From: Bugula neritina
Lineage: Eukaryota > Animalia > Bryozoa
Length of the DNA: 64,000 bases
Reading direction: 5' to 3'
Assembly: GCA_964035545.1 (NCBI GenBank)
Contig: OZ037766.1
Location: forward strand, 31,920,773-31,984,772
In this document: positions 38,201 through 50,200 of the stretch, in pieces
Numbering within the stretch: position 1 is the first letter of the stretch
Layout: each line of letters starts with the position of its first letter
The notes under the pieces: generated by a model
The model's database searches: none
Seen by the model: only the letters and a program-made list of their open reading frames with translations
What the model was told of the DNA's origin: nothing
Program-made: the position numbers and the translations under genes

Positions 38201-41200
38201 TCTGGCCCTCAGACACTGGGATATTGTGTAACTTATTACACGTACATATTACATATATACGTATTACATATTGCACATACATGTTACATATAATACATAT
38301 ACATATTACATATATACATATATACATACTATATATTACATATATACATATTACATATTACACGTACATGTTACATATAATACATATACATATCAAATAT
38401 ATATGTATACTACATATTACATATATATATATATATTACATATCACACGTACATATTACATATATACATATATTACACGTACATATTACATATATACATA
38501 CTAGATATTACATATATACATATAGATATTACACGTACATGTTACATATATACACATACATATTACAGATGCTAATTTAGTCGGATTTCTGTGTTTCAGA
38601 TACAATACAGTCTAGTCACTGAAACACCCTACTTTGCTATTGATGAAACTACAGGGAAGATTATGGTGAGAGGAGTTCTGGACCGGGAAAGTAAAGACAG
38701 ACATATTCTAGAGGTCAAGGCCTCCGATATGCCAGGTACTGAGCCTCATCTGTAGACATCATTGTCAACTGAGCTCTTGTAGGCAACGGTTGAGTTAGGG
38801 GGCTTGAAGTCAATCAATATTCCTTGTGCAGTTATTAGAAGTAACTCAGCCTACTAGTGAACATTGCTAGTTTCTAGTTATTACTAGTAGTTGCTAGTTA
38901 CTACTATTAGATAGATATATCAGATAGATTGTTCTAGAACATGGTGGCTGTTGCAGGCGGACACGAAGAGGTTAGGTTTGCCACCACCACCGTAATTATC
39001 CACATAACGGACGTCAACGATAACGCCCCGCAGTTCATGAAGCCTGAGTTTGTGGTGAAGGTGAGAGAGGACATCCCTGTAGGTACAGTGATCACAAACC
39101 TGGTGGCCCAAGATGCTGACCTTCCAGCCACTGGCGGGGAAGTCACCTACAAGATTATTAAAGGTCAGTACGGCTAGTATGCCCACTGCTTTAGTATGAC
39201 TGTATCTAATGTCACCCTCTCTGTAGTTAGCTGCGTTCTTCAGACAGGACAGGTTGAGAGTTACTGTTTAGATGTAGAACTCAAGCTAAGTGTGTTTAGG
39301 AGAGGAAACTTGCACTGTCACAATTGTGACTTGAAAAGAGTTGGCGTAAAATATCCATGGAAATGTTTCAGTATAACCAGACCTTTATTCTGGTGCAGAT
39401 GCTCTGTCTTACTGTAGCTTACTTGCAGCTGTGTTGTGTGCCAATATACTTAGTCTGTGTTCCTACTGCATACTCTATAGCCTCTGTTTTATAGTCTATA
39501 CCTTGTATATTGTAACAAGTAAAGGCTCAAGCGTAAAGAATACTATATACAGCTGTTCCAGTAATAATTTTAAACCCATTCAAAATTACACTTGCATATT
39601 TTGCTATTACCATTTTGGAACGGAAGCAAATAAACAGAAAACGTCAAGGGAAGTCAATTTATGCATATTGTAATTATAACTCCTAACCGAAATGTTTCAG
39701 CGTATATTGCGTTGGCATTAAGTTGACAACAGGAATGCAGTGTTATATTGATTAGGCAATCAACTCTCCAATTCTAATAGCAAGTACTAATTACAGGCGG
39801 CGTGTCTACTTTCATCTGTGGAAAGCAAATGAAAGTCTATTTCTCCAACCACTTGAAGCACTTTACTAAATTATTTAAAAAGTTGAGCACTTTATCACTC
39901 CAGGAGAGAGTAATTGAAAGTGTTAAATGGAGAATATTGCAGTAGATTGTATAATTCATCCAGTTTTCAGAATATCTAGAAATTCATACATAAATCTCCA
40001 ATAGGACTAACTACGTCTGCTTCCACATTCTCGGATATTTAATCTGTCTTCAACTTGACAGACATATAGCTGGTTAACTGGTGTAGTGTTTTGCTTTGGC
40101 TGTAGCTGTTGTACTCTAGTTTATTGGGTTTCTAGGGAAGAGACGGGGCGTCACCAGCCAACAGACAGGTATAGAATCCAATTGCTCTAAGGCTGTCTGT
40201 ATCCTAGCTTTAGAGAGAGTGGGCAGCTGTACTGCTGGATATACACTCCTTGCTTACCTCCATGTTGTAACTGTGTAGTGCTCATCATGTGGTTTTGTTA
40301 TGTCAGCCTTTTATAGCTGGTAGCTTGCTTTGGGTTTAAGTTGGTGCTCCTTGCATGGCAGGGCTAAGGTCATTGTGTACAAACCTGTCCAGAATGCAGC
40401 TTTGTCTTTAGCTGCAACTGTTGTTATGGTGTGTACTAGTGTGTTTGTGACTGTTGCTATGGTGATACATATGCTATATGCTGATACATATTATGGTGAT
40501 ACATATGTTATATGCTGATACATATTATGGTGACACATATGCTATATGCTGATACATATTGCCTAGTTCTATTCGTGCTGTGGAGAGGGAGGCTGGTTTC
40601 AAACTTGCCCTGAGAGACCATCTAATGGCAAATTTCCAGATAAAAAAATAATACTTTTTTAAGTTGCTAAAACTTCCAAAAACCTAAACAAAAATCTTAT
40701 ATAACTGTCAACCATTCATGGCTCGGTGCCCCGACTAGCTACAGTGCTATTGCGCCATAGGCCCTGTCATTTTGTTTATTTTTTTCTCAATTAATTTTTT
40801 CCCGACTATGACAAAATAAAAAACAAACAAACAAACAAACATATTATGGTGATACATATGCTATATGCTGGTACATATTATGGTGATACATATGCTATAT
40901 GCTGATACATATTATGGTGATACATATGCTATATGCTGATACATATTATGGTGATACATATGCTATATGCTGACATTTTTCCAGTATTACAAATATTTAA
41001 GGTAGATAACTCCTAATTCACGTATAGAGTTTTCTTTAGGCATTTACTTTATTATTGTAATGTTAAGTGGTTGGCTCTGTTTTGCATGGCTTGTGATTGG
41101 GTAGAGGGTTTACAGTGTGTCTCTGTATGGTGGTGACATCTCTATATGTACCCTGTTTACCGCGTATAACATACATACATACATACATACATCCATGGTG

Positions 41201-44200
41201 GACACAGTGTTCATAACAGTGTTCACTTATTTCTCCCTTATCAGGAGTTGAAGATGTCTTTCACATTGACAAATACACTGGAATTGTTAAACTGATGAAA
41301 AAGCTAGACTATGAGCTAAAGACCATATATAGAATTACAGTGCGGGCTCGTGACAATGGTACCATTCCACTGAAGTCCAACTGTGATCTCGTTGTAAGTT
41401 CAGTTGTTCCGTGTGAACTACGTGTCTTCATGCGTGCGTTCATGCGGTAGTAAAAAAAATTCACAAAAAATCCAAATAGTTTTCCCACATATTTACAATG
41501 AATAAATTAGCGTAGTGTAGTAACCTTACTGGTGTATTGTTTGATGTTTGGAGTGTGCAATAACCAACCCCATCTGTTTTACCCTCTGAATGACCTCCAT
41601 CTACTATTATAATTGGGTTTTATGCAAATTCAGATTGCACCACAGTTGGCTAAATGATTGTCTTAGTAAACTTTGCTCTGAGCTACACAACATTTTATCA
41701 TCGGAGCAACTTGTCCAAGGGGAGAAGACTTCTCATTGTAATATGTATTATCATGTTACCATGTAAGAGATATGTTACCATATAAGTGATATGTTACCAT
41801 GTAAGTGATATGCTACCATGTAAGTGAGATGTTACCATGTAAGTGATATGCTACCATGTAAGTGAGATGTTACCATGTAAGTGATATGTTACCATGTAAG
41901 AGATATGTTACCATGTAAGTGATATGTTACCATGTAAGTGATATGTTACCATGTAAGAGATATGTTACCATGTAAGAGATATGTTACCATGTAAGTGATA
42001 TGTTACCATGTAAGTGAGATGTTACCATATAAGTGATATGTTACCATGTAAGTGATATGTTACCATGTAAGTGATATGCTACCATGTAAGTGAGAGGTTA
42101 CCATGTAAGTGATATGTTACCATGTAAGTGAGATGTTACCATGTAAGTGAGATGCTACCATGTAAGAGATATGTTACCATGTACGTGATATGTTACCATG
42201 TAAGTGATATGTTACCATGTAAGTGATATCTTACCATCTCATATCCTCCACAGGTTGAGGTAATAGACGTCAATGAGAACACCAACAGACCCGTGTTTGA
42301 CCAACTAGCCTATGAGCAGTCAGTGGACGAGTCAGTGCCATCCGGTACAACTGTCCTTCAGGTCAAGGCCATCGACAACGATGTAGCTGTGTCAGACCAC
42401 AGGCTATCTTACTCGATCAGAGGAGGGTCGGGCCTGGGCAGTTTCACCATAGATGATGAAGGTGACTCACTCTAACTCACTCTAACTCATTCACTCACTC
42501 ACGCACTCATTCACTCACTCACTCACTAACTCACTCACTCACTCACTCACTCTCTCTGTCTTCACCACGCCAACTGTATAATACAATGATTTTAAGCATG
42601 ACAGTTTATCCTCCCAGGGGCAGATAACACCTGTTCTCTAGAACCTTCTATATAGATGCTGGTGCTAATTTCTCTAGGTTACATCAAGACGGCCATCTTA
42701 CTAGACCGAGAGACAACGCCGTTCTATTGGCTGACTGTGTTTGTGGAGGACTACGGTTCAGTCCCTCTCTCCAGCTCTGTAGACGTGTACATCCAAGTGA
42801 AGGATGTCAATGATAACGCACCTCAGCCCAGCCAGCCAGTCTACTATGTAGAGGTTAAAGAGAATAGCCCTGCCGACCTCGATGTTGCTCATGTTCTTGT
42901 AAGTTCTCAGTCTAACATTGACCTTGGCATTTGTTGTCTACCTAATTTATTATAAATATTCTACTAGGACTATGATGTATGATTATATTGCATAGTAATT
43001 CATAGCAATTATATAGTAGCATTCATTCATGAATATTACTACATTATATCTACTCTATTATATCTACTTTATTATACCTGCTCAGTGTCATTATCACACT
43101 ATTCTGTACACATATGTTATAATTACTCTGTGTACAACATAAATGCTGGTAACATGAATGTTTAGTATACTATAATTATCTTTTGTTGATAAAAGTATAT
43201 ATTACTTTATCATAGACTAATATCATATTTATTATATTCATATCATTAGATTTTGATATTTATATATTTTTATTTGTATTTTCTTTCTTTATGTTATTTG
43301 ATTTTGAATTATATTTATATTATTGCATTTATATTATTGCATTTATATTATTGAGTTTATATTATTGTATTTGTGTTATTATATTTATATTATTATATTT
43401 ATATTATTGTATTTACATTATTATATTTATATTATTGTATTTATATTATTGTATTTATATTATTGTATTTATATTATTGTATTTATATTATTGTGTTTAT
43501 ATTGTTGTGTTTGTATTATTGTATTTATATTACTGTGTTTATATTACTGTATTTATATTATTATATTTATATTATTGTATTTATATTATTGTGTTTATAT
43601 TATTGTGTTTATGTTATTGTATTTATATTATTATATTTATGCTATATTTAATGTAACTTACAGGCCACAGATACTGATGAAACCTCAGACATAACCTACA
43701 GTATTACTGGAGGAAACACACAGAGTGCATTCACTATTGACTCAGTCACCGGTAAGAGAACTCTACTGTAGCTGATAGCACCACCTGTTGACTGTAGTTG
43801 TCTGCTCTCTGAACCTACTCTGCTCTGTATGCGACGTGTTTGGGTGTAAGGTTACTTGGTGCAAAGCTGCACTGTTGAAGTGCTGTGTTTGTATAATACT
43901 GAGACTATTGAGGGCACTTGAACAATGCTATAACATTCAATATTCAATGCATGGGTGTAATCAGTGGTACACTTGGTTCACCCAGCTCTGCGCAGCCAAT
44001 CCATTGCTTACCTAATCAGCAGCACCTGGACTTGCAGGTGATGCCTATTGCAAGCATCAGCTTTTTCTAGCCTCCCAGTCACATATTGTAAGCTGCATTG
44101 TATTAGTTGTTGTTAGCTTTTGGAATTTAGTCAATAGTCAAGATGCTCTTACATGTTCTGTCTGATTAGACAGTGACATGGGAGTTGTGGCTCCTGTAAT

Positions 44201-47200
44201 GAACTTTTTTCCCTGCAGAAATATCATTTTGGGTACAAACTAAGGGTAGGTTGGGTATAGTTGCAAGAATACACCTCACATGTTGGTGTAACCAGGCCCA
44301 TTTATAAATGAAGTTTTGAAAACAATAAAGTAATAGTGTAGCTGAAACAGTATTATTAGTAACTTGTGTAGAGTTGTGTTTCTTCCTCTATAGAACCTTT
44401 ACCAGCTAACTTCAGCTAGTTGGCTAGTTTACTTGACCCTTTCCTAGACTTACAAATTCTGTTCTAGAATATGCTGCCTGTTTTACAGTCACATATATGT
44501 TACATAATTTTGTAGCTTTCAGTTTCAATAGCCATGTCCACTCCTCTGTAACTGAATTCTTCTCTGCCTATTGTTTAAATTAACTGGCTATCTGTTCAAC
44601 ATGCGAAAATGATTTGATTAATGAAAAGTTATTCTATTTTTTAATTTTAAACAAAAGCTTATGTCAAATTATAATAGAAGTCAAATATACTGAAATATAT
44701 AAAATCTAGAACATGTGTAAGAGACATTCATTCATACTGTACCTAGCATACCAAAGGGCATTAAACTGAGATGATAATTAAGGTGTGTTGAGTGAAACAC
44801 TCAAGTAAGGTGTCTAATGGAAATGCAGACATAAATAGCTAAACTATTATAAATAATGCTGAGTGTTTACATCTTGAGGCTGCCTAAGTGTTTTTAATCC
44901 CCAAGTATAATAATAAGCACAGCAAGCATACATACACATGTTTATACAGTGAAGAGGGCCATTTCCAGACATTCAGCTTTCTATATTCTGCTAGACTCAG
45001 CTATGAGAGTTTATTACCCTAAACAATGCCAGCCTATGAAATAACCTTCAAATCACTTAGAAGATTGCTCTGCATATTGTGAATGTCACTCGTACTCTTG
45101 TGTAGTGAGACTCAACTCTAACTACTGGGGTTCGGCCCCAGTCATCTACAAAATATACCTTTTATTCCTTGCAGTACAAAGAAGTTTCTGATTAAAATTT
45201 TTACAGGCTGATTTTATAAATCCCTTGTATGTCAGTGTTATGTGCCCACAAGTTCATGTTTGTAATTAGGTGCTAGCAACATTATACTGTGTTACATGTA
45301 TTGTAATGTCACTCTACCACTAACTTCTGTGTGTATTACGTTACTATATTGCTTTATTATTATATTAGTATATTATTGTGTTACTCTATGCTTTTCCAGG
45401 AATTATAAAGACCACTCGTAGGACACTGGACAGAGAAAGTGAAGAACTTATCACTTTAGAGGTCAGATTTAAAAAATATTCCTCAATGTCTGTAATATAT
45501 TGGAGTTGCCCTCTTTTTTTCTGGTGACTTTGCATATGCTCCCATAGTCTAAGTTACATGTTAGTTGAAGTATAAATAAATTTTTGGTAGAACTTGGCAA
45601 TCATATTGATACTGTATTTTGCTGCTTTATATATTATGTGTATTACATGTTTATGTATTTATGGTTCAGGTTATGATAAGTGATGGAAGTGCAGGTTCTG
45701 CTCTCTCTTCAACTGTCCAGGTGTGGATAACTGTTACAGATGAGAATGACAACTCCCCAGTATGGAATACTCAGGGAAAACTCACTGTCTCAGTTCTCAG
45801 GTAGGTTGGGGTGTTACACTGTGAAACTCCCCCCTCCCCACACGTCACTTTGTAAAAGTACTTCTGGTCTGTTAATTCTCTGAGTGGGTGACAAGTGTTA
45901 TGTCATTGCAGGTCACATGACACGAGTAAGCCCGTGTACCGAGTGATAGCATTAGATGAGGATAAAGGGGAGAATGGTAACGTCTCCTACTCCATACCAC
46001 AGAGCTCAGACCAAGTTCTCTGGAGGATAGACCCAGTCACTGGTGAACTGTTCCTCAAATCTGATTGGCCATCTTCCAATCAAGTATCTGTGCGGGTCAG
46101 TATACTTAGATATTTGCAGACGAATATTCTCAAAGTGAGTCATCAGTTTTCCTTCAACAGTTTAGTGGTGATAACTTTGGGAATTAATTTACAAGTTATC
46201 AATCCAGTGTTGTGAGTGAGTGAGTGAGTGAGTGAGTGAGTGAGTGAGTGTAGTGAGTGAGTGAGTGAGTGAGTGAGTGAGTGAGTGAGTGAGTGAGTGA
46301 GTGAGTGTAGTGAGTGAGTGAGTGAGTGAGTGAGTGAGTGAGTGAGTGAGTGAGTGAGTGAGTGAGTGAGTGAGTGAGTGAGTGAGTGAGTGAGTGAGTG
46401 AGTGAGTGAGTGAGTGAGTGAGTGAGTGAGTGAGTGAGTGAGTGAGTGAGTGAGTGAGTGAGTGAGTGAGTGAGTGAGTGAGTGAGTGAGTGAGTGAGTG
46501 AGTGAGTGAGTGAGTGAGTGAGTGAGTGAGTGAGTGAGTGAGTGAGTGAGTGAGTGAGTGAGTGAGTGAGTGAGTGAGTGAGTGAGTGAGTGAGTGAGTG
46601 AGTGAGTGAGTGAGTGAGTGAGTGAGTGAGTGAGTGAGCGAGCGAGCGAGCGAGCGAGTGTAGTGAGTGAGTGAGTGAGTGAGTGAGTGAGTGAGTGAGT
46701 GAGTGAGTGAGTGAGTGAGTGAGTGAGTGAGTGAGTGAGTGAGTGAGTGAGTGAGTGAGTGAGTGAGTGAGTGAGTGAGTGAGTGAGTGAGTGAGTGAGT
46801 GTAGTGAGTGAGTGTAGTGAGTGAGTGAGTGAGTGAGTGAGTGAGTGAGTGAGTTAGTGAGTTAGTGAGTGAGTGACTTTTGATGAGGTATATTTTTAAA
46901 GCTTCGAACGACTGACCTTGAACCTTTCAAGTAACTTTTTATAATATTTTTGTGTAATTTTTTTATATTTTACTTGTGTTTGTTGAATTAACTCCCCTGT
47001 GTGTATATTTAGACTGCCGAGTTGTTTCGCATATGGGTAGGTCTACTCCAAAGACTGTAGCATTTTGTAGTCTTTGCGTTTCATTCTATCATCATGTAAA
47101 CATAACCCCATATCTTTACTTACCGCATGCACTCACTTTTACCTGCAAACAGTTGCATCAACTAGATTGTATATGTGATTAGCTTGGTTAAACTGGAGTC

Positions 47201-50200
47201 GTCTTCACAAACAGTCGTTGCATATTTGGACTAGGTTTACCTAGTAGAGGTCATTTATAAGGTCAACTTGTCAAGTACAACACCTCCATACGTGTGGCAG
47301 TGTACATAGCATTGTCTTTCTAAGTCATTATATTTAAATTCTTAGTCTTAGACACTACAACAATTTACGTCTTTCTCTGAGCATGCTCTGTAGACTCCTA
47401 TAGATCACAATCATCTTCTTATTCTTATTCACGTCCATTGTTTTATTTCTTTTAGTTTTTGAAATTATTTTTAGAATTATGCCCCTTTTAATTGCAAAAT
47501 GAGTTAAAATAATTTGTCTACACTGCTAGTCATTAGAATGCCTATGCTATGAAGTCTTGCCGATAACGTGTAACCTTCGCCTTGACCTTTAGTAAACTTT
47601 GCTACTATTTTATATCATAACACAAAGCTCGGGTATCTATGTTGCAGGTAAGGGCTGCTGATGCTGGCACTGTGCCCAGGGATTCACTGCTGGATGTACA
47701 CTTCGAGCTGGTAGATGACGCTGTGCAGTCAGTATTCGTACCTGAGTTCTCGTTTATACCATCTGAGATATTGTTGGAGACGGTGCCTGTGTTTGAGATA
47801 GTAACTCTGGTGCAGGCTACAGATGCTGATAGTAACAAACTCTGGTATAGCATTGTCGGTACGTACGCTGTTAGTATTAACACTTGCTTCTGCATCTTTC
47901 ATATCACGATGCTTGTGTCAGTTTGCTTTAACATAATTTTTTCGTGATGTGGAATTATTCTAGATGGGGCGGATCAAGATGGGTTCCCCATGTTCTCCAT
48001 CCAACCCCTGAATGGAATAGTAGAGGTGGCTGGGAGACTAGACTATGAGACTAAATCTGAGTATATACTTAACATCTCCGCCACCGATGGATATAACACA
48101 GGCTATGGCTTGGTAAGCTAGTAGTTGGTTATATGTAGTAGCTTGGTGAGCTAGTAGTTGGTTATATGTAGTAGCTTGGTGAGCTAGTAGTTGGTTATAT
48201 GTAGTAGCTTGGTGAGCTAGTAGTTGGTTATATGTAGTAGCTTGGTGAGCTAGTAGTTGGTTATATGTAGTAGCTTGGTGAGCTAGTAGTTGGTTATATG
48301 TAGTAGCTTGGTGAGCTAGTAGTTGGTTATATGTAGTAGCTTGGTGAGCTAGTAGTTGGTTATATGTAGTAGCTTGGTGAGCTAATAGTTGGTTATATGT
48401 AGTAGCGTGGTGAGCTAGTAGTTGGTTATATGTAGTAGCTTGGTGAGCTAATAGTTGGTTATATGTAGTAGCTTGGTGAGCTAATAGTTGGTTATATGTA
48501 GTAGCTTGGTGAGCTAGTAGTTGGTTTTGAGCTAGCTATATACTCCCATCTCCTTCGTGTGTGAACTGATTATCTGCCATCTTGTAGCTACCCATTAAAA
48601 TATCCAACGTCAACGAGTTTCAGCCTCAGTTTGACAAGCGGCTGTACGAGGTGACAGTGAGAGAAGATATACCAATAGGAAGTGACATCATTCAGCTGTC
48701 GGCAGATGACAAGGACGCTAACGACGTGCTCGTCTACCTTCTACATTCGGCTAACAATAACAACAGCTACACGCTCTTCGGTGTTGACCATGAGACAGGT
48801 TGGTGGGGCAACTCTTACTTTGTCTGCTTTTTATTTCATCCATTCGTTGACCTGTATTTGTATTTTATTTCCTTCCTGTTCAATTTCAGCACCATGATAA
48901 CACCTTGAATTTTATTGATATAATATGCTCTCTGCAACGTAACTTCAAAAACATGTACTTTTTCATGTCTTCATTGTACATTTTCACTTATTCTTCTGTT
49001 TACTATTTAAATGTTTGATATTATCCAGGAATCGTCTCCACATTGCGTTCTCTCGACCATGAAACTGCCCGCCGCCATGAACTTGTGGTTAAAGTGAATG
49101 ACAACGGGTTCAAAGAATACTCGGACTACGCTAGGATCATCATCAACGTGGAGGCTAGTAGCACAGTGACTGTTTCTCTAGCCTGTGATTGGATGACACA
49201 TGTTGACTGTTTCTCTAGCCTGTGATTGCATGACTCGGACATGACGTTAGTCTGACTTAGCTCTCCTGAGTACAACTAAGTGTTTCTTTTGCAGGACAAC
49301 AATGACCACGCCCCCAAGTTCATAGCCGATGTTCTCACCAAAAGTATTCACGAGCGCGCAATCCTTGGAACTAAGGTTATAGCCGTGCAGGCTACAGACA
49401 AGGATAAAGGGGATAACTCCAGGATCCAATATTCTCTGCAGTCAGGTATGTTTGCCGGTTGCTACCTGAAATGTGTTGTCTGGTTTGACTGTTGGATTGC
49501 GATGTACGCTGTTACGAGCACCGCACACATTTGCCTTTGCTGCATTTATACCATTTCCTTTGTCGTCACGCAGAAAACTGCACTACGATCAACGATTGTA
49601 ACTCCAAAGGTAATTTCTCATATCTCATTGGTTGCGTTGTGTAACAGTATGTGGTTGCGTTGTGTATCATACATACATAGTCCGTGGTGGCCTTGTGTTT
49701 TAGTAAATCCTTGTGATTGTCTCCCCCTTGTGACACCTGAACAGTTGAGAGAGTGCTGTTCAAGATTAGTACATACTTTATATACTTACCCACATTATTT
49801 CTTATTCTTTCTTCTCCAACACAAGTGTTTATGAGTTATTTCAGTGAAGCTACATAGCCATCATTTACTAATCTCTTGAAAAACAATTCCTAAAAAGTTT
49901 TGCTGCTTTGTCCTTTTATATACTTACAGTATTTTATTTACCATACGCAGTCTTGCAATAATGTGTTAGATAAATTCTTACTTCTGCTAAATATTTAATT
50001 GTTAATATTTAGTTTGTATGTCTGTCAAAAATCTACTTTTTTGATTGGCTGTGATGAGTGAATTCAGCTTCTTACTCCATCTTCATCTCAGGGTTGGATC
50101 CAGCTGTTACCCCATGTTTTCAAGTTGACGGCATGTTTGGACTCGCAATTCTGATTTAAGTGCATTTTGTGATTTGCAATCTATTGTTTAGTGTATCCAA

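Noticed and set aside
39904-39909. 6-nt in-frame AG…GT segment (similar 3-12 nt cases at ~56487 and ~34150)
   Set aside because: Weak signals; expected by chance at this length.
43291-43694. Hydrophobic ORFs resembling membrane proteins (also 38188-38580, 60474-61122, 51120-51437, 18816-19070)
   Set aside because: Translations of AT-rich minisatellites.
46084-46119. A 36-nt intron giving SSNQ-TNILK
   Set aside because: Much shorter than any other intron seen here (~90 nt minimum); treated as alternative donors instead.
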